Below are positions 51,084-62,221 of a DNA stretch of 64,000 nucleotides, piece by piece. Location of the stretch: contig JBEPYN010000001.1 in assembly GCA_041641305.1 (NCBI GenBank), forward strand, positions 96,001-160,000. Reading direction: 5' to 3'. Numbering within the stretch: the first letter of the stretch is position 1; every line of letters starts with the position of its first letter. The notes beneath the pieces were generated by a model, which saw nothing but the letters and a program-made list of their open reading frames with translations, had not been told where the DNA came from and did no database searches. This DNA comes from Nitrososphaerota archaeon. Lineage in GTDB: Archaea > Thermoproteota > Nitrososphaeria_A > Caldarchaeales > Caldarchaeaceae. The position numbers and the translations under genes were made by a program.

Positions 51084-52012
51084 ACTCTCGAACTAAGAAG
51101 AAGAACCCTCTCAACAAGCTCGTCGAGGTTTTCTGAGAAAAGATATGTTATCGGCTCATAGCCAATTCCTCCACCATGTATCAGAGCCTCCAACTTTTCC
51201 CCCGTATTCCTAAACGCTCGTGAAACGTCTTCAAGAACAACCTCGTCGGAAATCGGTTCAGCTCTCGCCTCCACTACAGCATATTTCACACCCAGTCTCC
51301 CGAGGGCCCGGCTCATTTCGGGAAAATGTTTTACGTTGATGGCTGCGCGGAGACGTTTGTTGAAGTTTCGCGCCGCCAATAAAATGTTTGCAAGATGCCG
51401 GCTGCCGCCGAACATGGGCCTACCCACCGCCTTCACCTCATCATCAGCCAAAACTATTCTTCCAGCTACTCCCGCCACATCCGATTCAGTAGTTGCGTCG
51501 GAGACGCAGTAGACCAGGTTTGCTCCGACCTGCGGTATAAGTCGTTTGAAGCCCGGGCTTGTCTCAAGCTTCTTTAAGCTGCTTTCAAGTTTTTTGAGCA
51601 CGCGGGTTCTTTCCTCGTCTAGTCCACCCAGTTGCATTGTGCCGATGCAGATGTCGCAGGCCGCCAGCTGTGGATACATTTTTCTATGGTATTCGCAGAA
51701 TCTTCCCTCAGAGAGCAGCCCTCTCCAGAAAGAGTAGAGAATAGCCGTCGCCGCTGCAGCGTTTTTTCCGACTTCGTTGCACAGTGTCTCGACAAGAAGT
51801 GATGCCTCTTTCCTGTTTACACCCATCTGCTCAAGGGATTGGTAGAAAGTTTTCTCGTCTTTGGTGAGAATTTGGCTTACCGCTGACTGTGTCACACCCA
51901 GCACCTTCGCAACCATCGTCTGTCCAAATCCTTCTCTTCTTAATCGATGGGCCACAAGCCCACGTACTGCTGGTAGGAATTTCCTCGTCATCATCTCGCA
52001 GGGCGGAAACAT
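51080..52012 (-). CDS. ThiR-like regulator: HTH plus ThiN (thiamine-phosphate synthase-like) domain
   Basis: HTH with CEYH..CDIC, then LIPQVGANL, DVAGVAGRI, FGGSRHLA, GGIGYEP. Confidence 0.85.
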   Translation of the reverse strand: MFPPCEMMTRKFLPAVRGLVAHRLRREGFGQTMVAKVLGVTQSAVSQILTKDEKTFYQSLEQMGVNRKEASLLVETLCNEVGKNAAAATAILYSFWRGLLSEGRFCEYHRKMYPQLAACDICIGTMQLGGLDEERTRVLKKLESSLKKLETSPGFKRLIPQVGANLVYCVSDATTESDVAGVAGRIVLADDEVKAVGRPMFGGSRHLANILLAARNFNKRLRAAINVKHFPEMSRALGRLGVKYAVVEARAEPISDEVVLEDVSRAFRNTGEKLEALIHGGGIGYEPITYLFSENLDELVERVLLLSSRV

Positions 52013-52064
52013 GTATGAGATGTTTATCCGAGGTTTATAAGCAACCCGTCCAAGCCTTATCCAG

Positions 52065-53096
52065 ATGCATAAACACGAGATGGAGCTTCCTCATTTCGTT
52101 GTCATAGGACACGACCTCGCCCAAACAATCGTAGACCATTTAAAGCTCCACGGCTTCAAAGCCCCGCTCATGATAACCTCCAACACACCATATCGTGTTT
52201 ATGGCTCAAAAATCGAGTCTCTCATGGATCTTAGGATTAAACTCTCGACTCTGGATGTTGAAGAAATTTATGGTGATGTCGAGAAGGTTATTCAAGGCCG
52301 TGGGTTTGACGTCATCTTGGGTGTGGGCGGCGGCAGGGTTATGGATGTCTCGAAAGTGGTGGCTGAGAAAACAGGAAAACCATTCATAAGTATACCGACC
52401 ATCGCTTCACATGACGGCATAGCAAGCCCCATGACATCCTATAGACAAAACGGGAAAGCATACAGCCGCAAATCGGTCATGCCCCTTGAGATATACGCGG
52501 ACATAGACGTGATATCGAGGTCGCCTAGACGCTACCTCATGAGCGGATGCGGTGACCTGGTGGCTAAGCACAGCGCTGTGAGAGACTGGTGGCTCGCACA
52601 TCGTGAAACAGGTGAATATTATGGAAGATATGCCGCCCACCTGGCTTATCTCAGCGGCTCCGTAATAATCAGGTCGGCGAAAGAGATTAGGAACAACTCT
52701 CTCGAGGGGGTGCGGACGGTTGTCGAAGCTCTTATTAGCGCGGGTGTCGCGATGGGTGTGGCTGGGAGCAGCAGGCCATGCAGCGGAGGAGAACACCTCA
52801 TAGCACATGCTCTCGAGACGTTGATGGAGAAGCCGGCGCTCCACGGCGAGAGGTGTGGCGTAGCAACCATATTCACTCTCAAACTACACGGCGCAAACTG
52901 GGAAAAAGTGAAAGAAAGCCTCAAAACAATAGGTGCACCACACACCCTCAAAGACATAAACGTCGACGAGGAGCTGTTCACAGAAGCGGTTAAGCTGGCC
53001 CCAAACCTCAGAAAGGAAAGATACACCATTCTCCACAAGAAACAGCTCGACGAAGCCGAGATTGAGAACATAATTAATGAAACTGGGCTGATTTAG
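52065..53096 (+). CDS. egsA: sn-glycerol-1-phosphate dehydrogenase
   Basis: GVGGGRVMDVSK, PTIASHDGIASP, SSRPCSGGEH, LHGE. Confidence 0.93.
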   Translation: MHKHEMELPHFVVIGHDLAQTIVDHLKLHGFKAPLMITSNTPYRVYGSKIESLMDLRIKLSTLDVEEIYGDVEKVIQGRGFDVILGVGGGRVMDVSKVVAEKTGKPFISIPTIASHDGIASPMTSYRQNGKAYSRKSVMPLEIYADIDVISRSPRRYLMSGCGDLVAKHSAVRDWWLAHRETGEYYGRYAAHLAYLSGSVIIRSAKEIRNNSLEGVRTVVEALISAGVAMGVAGSSRPCSGGEHLIAHALETLMEKPALHGERCGVATIFTLKLHGANWEKVKESLKTIGAPHTLKDINVDEELFTEAVKLAPNLRKERYTILHKKQLDEAEIENIINETGLI

Positions 53097-53126
53097 TATA
53101 AATCGCGCCGAAGACCAGTTTATACG

Positions 53127-54524
53127 ATGTCTTACAGAATAGAGTCGGATACATTGGGGGAGATGCGTGTTCCCGCCGACGCTCTCTACGGGGCCCAAAC
53201 AGCCAGAGCAGTGGAAAATTTCCCCATTTCAAATCTCAGGTTTCAAAGAGCGTTTATCTGGGCATTAGGGTTGGTGAAACACGCGGCTGCTGAAGCTAAC
53301 ATGGCTCTAGGCCTCCTCGACAAGAGGATAGGAGAAGCCATCTCAAAGGCCGCGCAGGAGGTGGCCGAGGGAAAACATGATAAACACTTCGTTGTCGACG
53401 TCTTCCAAACCGGGTCGGGCACCTCAACAAACATGAACGCAAACGAAGTCATAGCCAACAGAGCTCTTGAAATACTTGGACTAAGCAGAGGAGACAAGAA
53501 AACCATACATCCCAACGACCACGTAAACATGGGCCAGTCAACCAACGACGTCATCCCAACAGTGATGAACGTCGCAGCAGCAAACCAAATAGTCAAAAAG
53601 CTTCTCCCAGCTCTCGAGCTACTCGAAAAAGAATTGTCAAAAAAGGCTGAAGAGTTTAAGGATTTTGTAAAAGCCGGCCGCACCCATTTCCAAGACGCTG
53701 TCCCGGTTACATTTGGGCAAGAGTTTTCCGGATATGCCACTATGATTAGGAAGAGTCGTAGGAGGTTGTTGAACGCTTTGGAGAGTCTCTACGAGCTTCC
53801 TATTGGAGGAACGGCTACTGGAACGGGTTTGAATGCTCATCCAGAGTTTGCGCGGCTTGTTGTTGAAAAGCTGAACACGTTAACGGGTCTGAGTTTCAGG
53901 ATTGCTGAAAACAGGTTTGAGGCGATGGGGACGAGGGACTGCTGCCTCGAAGCATCTGCAGCGCTCAGAAGCCTTGCTGTCTCTCTTCTCAAGATCTGCA
54001 ACGATCTACGCATACTATCCTCAGGCCCCAACACCGGAATCAACGAAATCGAGCTCCCTGCCGTCCAGCCTGGTTCATCCATCATGCCTGGAAAGGTGAA
54101 CCCTGTAATACTCGAGTCAACGATGCTTGTGGCGGCTCAGGTAATTGGCTATGACCGCGCAATCATGGAAAGCTGCAGGATTGGGGAGCTTGAGCTCAAC
54201 ATGGGTTTCCCGCTTATAGCCTATGACCTGCTTGAATCCATAGAAATAATCTCAAACGCCTGCGTAAACCTGGCGACCAAATGCATCCGAGGAATTTCTG
54301 TCAACGTTGACCGTGCTCGACAGCTTGCGGAGATGAGTCCGGCGTTGGTGACGGTGGTTGCACCTCGGATAGGCTACGACAAGGCGGCCAAAGTTGCGAA
54401 GAAAATGCTGTCCGAGAACAAAACCATCAAACAGGCACTTTTAGAGGAGGCTGGTCTCAGCCGTGTTGAGGTTGATGAAATCCTCGACCTGCTAAAGATA
54501 GCTAGGGGCGGTATCATACGCTAA
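53127..54524 (+). CDS. fumC: Fumarate hydratase class II
   Basis: [11 protein letters not shown] (fumarase rather than aspartase type), [15 protein letters not shown]. Confidence 0.9.
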   Translation: MSYRIESDTLGEMRVPADALYGAQTARAVENFPISNLRFQRAFIWALGLVKHAAAEANMALGLLDKRIGEAISKAAQEVAEGKHDKHFVVDVFQTGSGTSTNMNANEVIANRALEILGLSRGDKKTIHPNDHVNMGQSTNDVIPTVMNVAAANQIVKKLLPALELLEKELSKKAEEFKDFVKAGRTHFQDAVPVTFGQEFSGYATMIRKSRRRLLNALESLYELPIGGTATGTGLNAHPEFARLVVEKLNTLTGLSFRIAENRFEAMGTRDCCLEASAALRSLAVSLLKICNDLRILSSGPNTGINEIELPAVQPGSSIMPGKVNPVILESTMLVAAQVIGYDRAIMESCRIGELELNMGFPLIAYDLLESIEIISNACVNLATKCIRGISVNVDRARQLAEMSPALVTVVAPRIGYDKAAKVAKKMLSENKTIKQALLEEAGLSRVEVDEILDLLKIARGGIIR

Positions 54525-55725
54525 AAAATGGGCCCCACTTGGAAACGTCTGCGGAGGCCAGCTCCTCAAGCTGGCCGATAACGTATTCTCTAATTTTTTT
54601 CGCGTCTGGAAGGTCTGACACCAACTCTCCTTTAGCAAGTATCTGTTTTAGCATGGGCTCTACACTTCCTCCGCAAACACTGCATCTATCAAGCTTTTTA
54701 TTCCATGGCACCACAGTGTCATGCAGGTTCTCGCACCTATAGACCTGTTTCCGGCCTGGCAGTTTGCCTCTCTTAGACAGGGGCTTACCGTCTTTTTCTA
54801 TGATGTCGAGTGCGAGGTCTATGGATGGGGGGAAGGCTATCGATGTGCCTACACCGAATCCATCCACCAAGTCGACGAGCTCCCGTATATTAGATTCGTC
54901 AAGTCCCCCGCTTACAAATATTTTGACGTGGTTGTGTCCATGTATGTCGAGTGTCCAACGAACCTCCTGCACAATCTTTCTGATGTTGCCTCTCCGCGAG
55001 CTCGGTGTGTCCAGCCTTACGCCGTAGAGTTTTTTTCCCAGAGTCTCCGCAGCTTCGAGGGCCTCAACTCTCTCATCATAAAACGTGTCAACCAGAGCTA
55101 TTCGGGGGACATTATCTGGCATGATTTCGTCGAAAAGTTTCCAAGCTTTCTTCTCATCGTCAACAACCAGCATCAGGGCGTGCGGCATCGTGCCTGTCGG
55201 CTCCATCTCAAGCATTACCGCGCCCGCTACCCCTGAGACAGCGTCGCATCCCCCCACGTATGCCGCTCTATCAACCATCGGCGAAATCGTGGGATGAACA
55301 CATCTAATACCGAAGAAGAGAACTGGTTTTCCGTCGGCGGCGAGCTTCACGCGTGCAGCTTTAGTTGAGACGCTTGTCGAGTGTCTAAGCACTCCAAGTA
55401 TCGCCGGCTCATATACACCGAAATCTCCATACCCTCCTTCAATTCTTGCCACAGGCTCCATCGCCCGGAAAAATGTCCCCTCAGGCATGGCGTAGAAGTC
55501 TACCGGCTGCCCCTCCAAAAGATACACAGCCTCCTCAAGTCCAGTGAATACGGCCCATTCAAAGCCATTGGGAAAACCATAGCTGTGTATCTCAGCGGCC
55601 ACCCGTGTAGATGAAGCGCCCGTCTTCTCAAGTATTGTTTTCGTGCGAATAAAGTAAATATCGGTTGCCTCACCTGTCTTGATTGATCTTTCATCAGCTA
55701 TGTAAAGCCTCGGCTTACGCCTCAT
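54514..55725 (-). CDS. pncB: Nicotinate phosphoribosyltransferase
   Basis: TDIYF, FGIR, GTMPH, VRLDTP, SGGL, FGVGT. Confidence 0.93.
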   Translation of the reverse strand: MRRKPRLYIADERSIKTGEATDIYFIRTKTILEKTGASSTRVAAEIHSYGFPNGFEWAVFTGLEEAVYLLEGQPVDFYAMPEGTFFRAMEPVARIEGGYGDFGVYEPAILGVLRHSTSVSTKAARVKLAADGKPVLFFGIRCVHPTISPMVDRAAYVGGCDAVSGVAGAVMLEMEPTGTMPHALMLVVDDEKKAWKLFDEIMPDNVPRIALVDTFYDERVEALEAAETLGKKLYGVRLDTPSSRRGNIRKIVQEVRWTLDIHGHNHVKIFVSGGLDESNIRELVDLVDGFGVGTSIAFPPSIDLALDIIEKDGKPLSKRGKLPGRKQVYRCENLHDTVVPWNKKLDRCSVCGGSVEPMLKQILAKGELVSDLPDAKKIREYVIGQLEELASADVSKWGPFFSV

Positions 55726-56312
55726 TTCTCGAACTCTATTAGCTCAGACCTTGTTAAAATACCCCTATACAGGAAACTTACCTGCCGCAGGGTGGCACGG
55801 TAATCGAAGTCGTTCAAAGCAGAGACACAGTCTATGGGCAGATACACTTTGTACCATCTGAGCGCAGCGCTTCCAGCCGTGTGTAACACGCAGATGTTTG
55901 CTACAGTGCCTGTAACAACGAGGTTTTCTATGCGGTGTAGTCTGAGGATGTGGTCGAGACTCGTGCCATAGAACGCATCGTACCGTAGCTTACTGACGAC
56001 AACATCGCCTTCATGGGGTCTGAGCTCGTCAACTATCTCCGCTCCCCAGCTGCCCTTCAGCGCATGCTCTCCCCAAATCGCAAACTCTGGATCATCCTTC
56101 ATATGCCAATCCTGAGTATAAACAACCAATACACCTGCTTCACGAGCCTTCTCCAAAACACGCCCTATTTTTGGAATGGTCTCCACGGACGCTGGGACAA
56201 AGAGCTTGCCTGAAGGTTTGCAGAAATCGTTCTGCATATCAACCACTATAACGGCTGTGTTGCTGCGGGGAAGCCTCACCTCCACCGGCTCGGGGATGGA
56301 TGCACCAGCCAC
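55722..56312 (-). CDS. pncA: Isochorismatase-family cysteine hydrolase, probably nicotinamidase
   Basis: [25 protein letters not shown]; coupled to pncB. Confidence 0.8.
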   Translation of the reverse strand: MAGASIPEPVEVRLPRSNTAVIVVDMQNDFCKPSGKLFVPASVETIPKIGRVLEKAREAGVLVVYTQDWHMKDDPEFAIWGEHALKGSWGAEIVDELRPHEGDVVVSKLRYDAFYGTSLDHILRLHRIENLVVTGTVANICVLHTAGSAALRWYKVYLPIDCVSALNDFDYRATLRQVSFLYRGILTRSELIEFEK

Positions 56313-56360
56313 GTTTTAGTATCCGCAACTCATAAATAATAATCTTCGGGTTTTTCACCG

Positions 56361-57710
56361 TTGTCAACCCAAGATTTAATCAACCGCTTTCATGGACATG
56401 TTCAGAGTGGCTGGGGCAGGATTTTCAAGGAATTTTCGCAGCTAATAGGGATACCGAGTGTTTCGGCTAAAAACCAAAGCATCTCAGAATGTGCTGATTT
56501 TCTCAAGAACCTGCTGGAATCCTATGGGTTCACTGTCAGTTTTCTTGAATCACCCACGGGCAGGCCCGCGGTTTATGCGGAAAAGAAAAGCGGGCCCAGC
56601 TCTATCCTCCTATACAACCATTATGATGTTCAGCCCCCCGAGCCGCTGGAAGAGTGGGAGACTGACCCGTTTCAACTGGTTGAAAAGAATGGGCTATTTT
56701 TTGGACGGGGTGTTTCGGACAACAAGGGCGAGATTATCGCGAGGCTCGCCGCGGTTGACTGTGTCGAGAAGGTTTTGGGGAAATTGCCGGTTACAGTGAA
56801 ATGGTTGATTGAGGGGGAGGAGGAGGTGGGCAGCCCCGGCATTCCGGAGATCGTGTCAAGAAACAAGAATCTTTTCAGAGGTGTTTTGGGCTGTATGTGG
56901 GAGGGGGGAGACATTGACAGAAACGGGCCGAACATATACCTTGGAGTAAAAGGTATGCTATACGTCGAGCTGGCAATAAGGACAGCGAAGGCCGATGCAC
57001 ACTCGATGTACGCCCCCATCATCGAAAACGCCGCCGAAAAAATTTTGAAAATAATTAGGATGATCAAGGATGAGAGGGGGCGTGTAAAGGTCCCCGGCTT
57101 CTATGAGTCGGTTGCGAGGCCTACGTCGGCTGAGAAAAAGTTGATGAAGGGTTTGAGGAAAAGCTCTGGGGAATATGCGCAGAGTCTTGGTGTGAAAAGG
57201 CTCACCGTGGAGAGCAGCCAGGTCGTTGAGAAGCTCGTCTATGAGCCGACATGCAATATCGCAGGCCTCTATTCAGGATACACTGGGCCCGGGTCAAAGA
57301 CAATCGTCCCCTCCACCGCCACTGTTAAAATCGACTTTAGGCTTGTCCCCAACCAGGACCCACTTAAGATCCTCAAATCTCTTAAGAGGATTCTCCCGAG
57401 AGAAGTTGATGTCAAGGTTTACACGGTCTCCTATCCTGCGAGGACTAGTCCAGATAACCCGCTTGTCAAAGCAGCTGTTGAAGCTGCTGCTCAGGTGTAT
57501 GGGAAGAGGCCGAGTGTTTTACCCAACATGGCCGGCACCGGGCCACTATATCATTTCGTGAAGGCTGGGATACCGACTGCCATGCTTTCAGCCCTCGCTC
57601 ATCCAGGCTCGAAGCTTCACGCACCCAACGAGAACATTTACCGCGGACACTTCATTCAATCCATTCTGCATCATGCGCTTATTTTCACAAAAGTTGGCGG
57701 GCGAGCTTAA
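56361..57710 (+). CDS. M20 family peptidase/deacylase
   Basis: YNHYDVQP, GRGVSDNKG, EGEEEVGS, HAPNE. Confidence 0.92.
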   Translation: MSTQDLINRFHGHVQSGWGRIFKEFSQLIGIPSVSAKNQSISECADFLKNLLESYGFTVSFLESPTGRPAVYAEKKSGPSSILLYNHYDVQPPEPLEEWETDPFQLVEKNGLFFGRGVSDNKGEIIARLAAVDCVEKVLGKLPVTVKWLIEGEEEVGSPGIPEIVSRNKNLFRGVLGCMWEGGDIDRNGPNIYLGVKGMLYVELAIRTAKADAHSMYAPIIENAAEKILKIIRMIKDERGRVKVPGFYESVARPTSAEKKLMKGLRKSSGEYAQSLGVKRLTVESSQVVEKLVYEPTCNIAGLYSGYTGPGSKTIVPSTATVKIDFRLVPNQDPLKILKSLKRILPREVDVKVYTVSYPARTSPDNPLVKAAVEAAAQVYGKRPSVLPNMAGTGPLYHFVKAGIPTAMLSALAHPGSKLHAPNENIYRGHFIQSILHHALIFTKVGGRA

Positions 57711-58824
57711 CCGCGAGAACGGGATGGCTTAGAAGTTTTTTCGCCACCCTACCTATATCCATTCCGTTGGCGAGGTCAAGTATGTCGTCGGCTTGGAATA
57801 TTTTGGCAAGGGTGTCGAGCTCCTCGTCGGAGAGCTTCTCAACAGCCCTCATCGCTCTGAGGCTCCGCTTTATCCGGTTTAGCCAAGGCTCATATAGCTT
57901 GTAAAACTCCGAGAGACGTCTTTTAGACGTGTCGCCTTCCTGCACAGCGTTCGCAGCAACTTTACCCGCCGCCAACCCGGCTGAAACAGAGGAGTGTATA
58001 CCGGCCCCTGTCAATGGTATCACGTGTCCAGCCGCGTCGCCGATAAGCATCGCTCCGTCGAAGACGCTCTCTGAGATGGCTCCTCCTATTGGGACGGGCG
58101 CCCCACGGTAGTCAATGATCTTCGCGCTTCCAAGCTCGTCGCTGAAGAGCTTGACGAAAGCGTCTAGGTAGTCTTTGGCGATGCCTCCCCTAACGCCTAT
58201 CCCCACTTCGGCGAGCTTCTCTGTGCGGGGAAATATCCACGCATATCCACCGGGGGCTATTTTGTTGCCCAGGTAGAATCTGACGGCGTCGGAGTTCTTC
58301 AGCCTACAGTTAGCCATAATGTATTGGACAGTTGGTATCGGCTCGGGTCTTTCGGTTACGCCTAGGCTGCGGGCGACTGTGGAGTTGTATCCGTCTGCGC
58401 CGATTACAACCTTTGCCTTGTAGGTGTCTCTGTTGGTTTTCACGAAGAGCTTCGAGTTCTCCCTAACAACACCCGAAACCTCCTCTCTTACATGTATGTC
58501 AGCTCCATACTCGGCCGCCTGTGCAGCAATCTCCTGAATGAAGAATGATTTGTTGATGTTGTAACCTATTTGGGGAATCTTGACTTCTATCATGCTCGGA
58601 GAATAAACTAAGGCATAAGCTTCGTGCATAACTATCCTGGGGCTAGGCTTGACGCCCGCCGTGACAAGCGTCTCCTTGCTACAGGCCTCCCCACAAGGCT
58701 TGTTAGCCATTATGGTTGGATGTTTCTCGAGCAGGAGGACGCTGACGTTGTTCATGGCCGCGGCCTTCGCCGCGGAGACACCTGCGGGTCCTCCCCCGAC
58801 CACAACCACATCGTACTCGTTCAT
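57685..58824 (-). CDS. Geranylgeranyl reductase family flavoprotein
   Basis: VVGGGPAG, KPCGE, GADG, PGGYAWIFP, IGDAAG. Confidence 0.9.
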   Translation of the reverse strand: MNEYDVVVVGGGPAGVSAAKAAAMNNVSVLLLEKHPTIMANKPCGEACSKETLVTAGVKPSPRIVMHEAYALVYSPSMIEVKIPQIGYNINKSFFIQEIAAQAAEYGADIHVREEVSGVVRENSKLFVKTNRDTYKAKVVIGADGYNSTVARSLGVTERPEPIPTVQYIMANCRLKNSDAVRFYLGNKIAPGGYAWIFPRTEKLAEVGIGVRGGIAKDYLDAFVKLFSDELGSAKIIDYRGAPVPIGGAISESVFDGAMLIGDAAGHVIPLTGAGIHSSVSAGLAAGKVAANAVQEGDTSKRRLSEFYKLYEPWLNRIKRSLRAMRAVEKLSDEELDTLAKIFQADDILDLANGMDIGRVAKKLLSHPVLAVKLARQLL

Positions 58825-58900
58825 CACGCGTCGAGGTGGTGGATTTTATATAAGGTTTCTCCAACCAATTGGATGTTTATAAGATGGTTAAACTTGTGAA

Positions 58901-59404
58901 TTGCTGGAAATGGGCGATCCGAAGCGGATTCGGAAAAAGTATGAGACTCCTCGGCATCCTTGGCGTAGAGAGATTCTTGAGGAGGAGCTTAAGATGATGG
59001 GTGAGTATGGTCTGCGGAATAAGAGGGAGATATGGAGGGCTGCGAGCCAGTTGCGTAAATACAGGGCCTTGGCTCGTAAACTATTCTCAGCCGTGGGGGA
59101 GAAAAGGATATCCGAGGAGAGTAAGCTGATTGGCAGACTCAACAGGCTCGGTGTGCTTCCACAGGGGGCCACCCTCGACGATGTCCTAAAGCTTACTGTG
59201 AAAGATTTCCTCGAAAGAAGGCTTCAGACAATCGTGTACAGGATAGGTTTGGCGCGGACAGTTTTCCACGCAAGACAGCTCATCACACACGGAAAAGTGC
59301 TTGTGGGAGGAAAGAAAGTGAAGGCGCCGAGTTATCACGTCAAACGTGGCGAGGAGGAGGAAATTAGGCTCACTGAGCCGGTTAAGGTCCAGAGCCAAGC
59401 ATAA
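58901..59404 (+). CDS. rps4: 30S ribosomal protein S4
   Basis: MGDPK..YETPRHPW, YGLRNKREIW, LERRLQT, ARQLITHG; likely ATG 58910. Confidence 0.96.
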   Translation: MLEMGDPKRIRKKYETPRHPWRREILEEELKMMGEYGLRNKREIWRAASQLRKYRALARKLFSAVGEKRISEESKLIGRLNRLGVLPQGATLDDVLKLTVKDFLERRLQTIVYRIGLARTVFHARQLITHGKVLVGGKKVKAPSYHVKRGEEEEIRLTEPVKVQSQA

Positions 59405-59469
59405 AATATTTGTCTAAGGTGGATGCTGCGGGTAACAACTAAATACACCGTGAAGGCAGGTTTGGAAGA

Positions 59470-59895
59470 ATGAGCGGAGTCCAACAGTCACCTGAGAAAA
59501 GCATTCAACAGAAGCAGAAGTGGGGAGTTGTCCACATCTACTCATCCTATAACAATATCATCGTTCATCTAACAGATTTAACGGGGGCCGAGACAATCGC
59601 GAGGGCCTCGGGCGGGATGTTCGTTGACGCCGGCAGGCTGGAGCCGACGCCCTACGCAGGCATGAGGGCCGCGTCATATGTCATGGAGGCCGCTAAAGCC
59701 GCGGGCATAACTGCTGTCCACATCCTCGTTAGAGCACCCGGGGGAGTGAAGTCCCGTACACCCGGGCCCGCGACACAGGCCGCCATACGCACAATTGCAA
59801 GGTCAGGTTTGATGATTGGGAGAATAGAGGACGTCACACCCATCCCCCACGACAGCGTCAGGAAAAAAGGCGGCAGAAGAGGCAGAAGAGTGTAG
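59470..59895 (+). CDS. rps11: 30S ribosomal protein S11
   Basis: [33 protein letters not shown]. Confidence 0.97.
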   Translation: MSGVQQSPEKSIQQKQKWGVVHIYSSYNNIIVHLTDLTGAETIARASGGMFVDAGRLEPTPYAGMRAASYVMEAAKAAGITAVHILVRAPGGVKSRTPGPATQAAIRTIARSGLMIGRIEDVTPIPHDSVRKKGGRRGRRV

Positions 59896-59932
59896 CCGAT
59901 ACCATTTTATACCTTCACACCCATACACCCTC

Positions 59933-60382
59933 ATGAGCATAAAGCAGGTCGATGTCTCAGCCAAACCTGTTCAGAAAAGAGAAGCTATCGCAATTGGCCG
60001 CATAATTCTCAAGCCCGGCACAATAGAGCTGGTTAGGAGAGGGGCTGTTGAGAAGGGTGACCCGCTCCAGCTGGCCCGTGTCGCAGGTGTTCTCGGAGCA
60101 AAGCACACCCCAACCCTTCTACCCCTATGCCATCCGCTCAAGCTTGAGCACGTAGAGATTACCGAGGAGTTGGGAGACAACTACATCGAAATAAGGTCTA
60201 AAGTCGTCGCCTATGAAAAAACCGGTGTCGAGATGGAGGCCTTAACAGCCGTTGCCACGGCCCTCCTCAACATATGGGATGCTGTGAAGCAGTATGAGAA
60301 GGATGAGTATGGACAATATCCTACAACAGCCATCACAGATATCAGAGTTTTGTCGAAGGTGAAGACAGGTGAAACCGCATGA
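59933..60382 (+). CDS. moaC: Cyclic pyranopterin monophosphate synthase
   Basis: VDVSAK, KGDPL, LLPLCHP, TGVEMEAL. Confidence 0.95.
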   Translation: MSIKQVDVSAKPVQKREAIAIGRIILKPGTIELVRRGAVEKGDPLQLARVAGVLGAKHTPTLLPLCHPLKLEHVEITEELGDNYIEIRSKVVAYEKTGVEMEALTAVATALLNIWDAVKQYEKDEYGQYPTTAITDIRVLSKVKTGETA

Positions 60383-60893
60383 ACATCACAGGGCCGAGAG
60401 CCCACATAGCCTACGGATAGCAGTCATCACGGCAAGCACTTCACGCTACTACAAGAAAATACGGGAAGAAGCATATGTTGACGAGTCCGGCGAAAATGCT
60501 GTCAATATCTTGAGGGAGCTTGGTCACAGCGTCGAGTATCTCGGAGTTGTGAACGATGACATCTGGATGATTAGGTCAGCGGTGTTGACGGCGTTGGAGA
60601 AGGGGTTTGACGCTATTGTGGTCACGGGAGGCACCGGCCTTTCTCCGCGGGATGTCACCATAGAGGCTTTGAGGCCGTTATTTGAAAAGGAGGTGGAGGG
60701 CTGGGGGGAGATTTTCCGAGTAGAGAGCTATAAGGAGATAGGCACGGCCGCGGCCCTCTCCCGCACAACGGCAGGCATCATGAACGGCCGGCTTATCGTC
60801 GCACTCCCAGGCTCACCCGAGGCCGTCAAACTCGCCCTCAGGCTCCTCGGCCCAGAAATACCACACATCATACACATAGCCCGTAAAACATGA
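60369..60893 (+). CDS. moaB: Molybdopterin adenylyltransferase MoaB/MogA
   Basis: DESG, TGGTGLSPRDVTIEA, LSR, LPGSP. Confidence 0.93.
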   Translation: MKPHEHHRAESPHSLRIAVITASTSRYYKKIREEAYVDESGENAVNILRELGHSVEYLGVVNDDIWMIRSAVLTALEKGFDAIVVTGGTGLSPRDVTIEALRPLFEKEVEGWGEIFRVESYKEIGTAAALSRTTAGIMNGRLIVALPGSPEAVKLALRLLGPEIPHIIHIARKT

Positions 60894-61678
60894 TACGGGT
60901 AACCATACTCGGTGCGGGCAGCATAGTCCCGTCGGAGAAGAGGTTCGGCAGCGGCCTCTACATCGAGACAGAGGTCTCTAAGCTGTTGATAGACCCGGGG
61001 CCCGGAACAATCTACAAGCTCGTCAGAATCCATGTGAACCCTCTATCCTTGACCGCTGTCCTGGTAACACATTTTCACCTCGACCACGTCTCAGACCTCC
61101 TACTGCTAATGATGATGTGGTGCTATGACGAGGAGGGCAAACCCTCTAAACAGCCCAGACCCCTAAACATCATAGGACCAACCGGCCTACAGAAACTCAT
61201 AGAACAAGCCATATCCATAGATGCTTTCAGTTACCTCGAGAAACCCATGCATGTCAAACGTTTCCTCCGGATAGATGAGATGCGGCACGGCGACATCAAG
61301 CAGGTGGGCGACAGTAGGATAATTGCAGCGGAGGTGGAGCATCTAAACGGATTAGCCTATAGAATTGAGCATAAGGGAAAAAGCATAGTTTACTCGGGCG
61401 ACACAGTGCCTGACCAGCGTCTAGTAGACCTCGCCAGAAACTGCGACCTCCTCATACATGAATGCAGCTTCCCACATCAACAGCTCATCGGCAAACACAC
61501 CTCCGAAAAACAACTGGCTGAAATCACCGCACAGGCCAGGCCACGGAAAACAGTCGTAACACACCTCTACCCATCCTGGGCCGGTCGAGAACATGAAATA
61601 ATAGAAGCCCTGAAACAGGCAGGAATAGCCTCCGAGAATGTTTTCGTGGCCGAGGACTTATTGACTGTGGATGTTTAA
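60890..61678 (+). CDS. Metallo-beta-lactamase fold hydrolase (RNase Z-like)
   Basis: ILGAG, THFHLDHVSD, YSGDT, HEC, HT, THL. Confidence 0.88.
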   Translation: MIRVTILGAGSIVPSEKRFGSGLYIETEVSKLLIDPGPGTIYKLVRIHVNPLSLTAVLVTHFHLDHVSDLLLLMMMWCYDEEGKPSKQPRPLNIIGPTGLQKLIEQAISIDAFSYLEKPMHVKRFLRIDEMRHGDIKQVGDSRIIAAEVEHLNGLAYRIEHKGKSIVYSGDTVPDQRLVDLARNCDLLIHECSFPHQQLIGKHTSEKQLAEITAQARPRKTVVTHLYPSWAGREHEIIEALKQAGIASENVFVAEDLLTVDV

Positions 61679-61702
61679 ATTATTGCAGAAGGCTTCAAAG
61701 TC

Positions 61703-62221
61703 GTGATTCTATCCGACTTCGACCTCTGGAACTACATCAGGAACGGACGGCTTAGGATTGAACCGTTTTCAGAGGACGTGGTGCGAGAAAACGGCCTCGA
61801 CCTACGAATAGGAAGACAGATTGCACGATTCAACAAAAACAGCAAAGTCTTTGACACAAGAAGCAGCGACGCAGCCGAGTTCTACGCTATCGAGGAGGAA
61901 AAAGAATTCGTCATAAACCCACATGAACACGTGCTTCTCCACACCCTCGAGTACTTGGCTCTTCCGAAGGATTTGATGGGCTTCGTTAACCTCCGCAGCA
62001 GCTACGCACGCATCGGCCTAACAATCCCACCCACAATAATAGACGCAAACTTCGAAGGCGAGCTAACCATAGAGCTTGTCGGAGGAGATTTCCCTGTCAA
62101 GCTCTACTCAGGTGACAGGTTCCTTCACGTGGTTTTCGCACGTCTGTCCTCAATTGTTGAGAAGCCCTACACAGGCAAGTATCAGGGACAGCGCGGTGTG
62201 AGGCTTCCCAGCTTCAGGTAA
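61703..62221 (+). CDS. dcd: dCTP deaminase
   Basis: MILSD, LDLRIG, RSSYARIG, IDANFEGELTIE, Y-x-GKYQGQ. Confidence 0.93.
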   Translation: MILSDFDLWNYIRNGRLRIEPFSEDVVRENGLDLRIGRQIARFNKNSKVFDTRSSDAAEFYAIEEEKEFVINPHEHVLLHTLEYLALPKDLMGFVNLRSSYARIGLTIPPTIIDANFEGELTIELVGGDFPVKLYSGDRFLHVVFARLSSIVEKPYTGKYQGQRGVRLPSFR

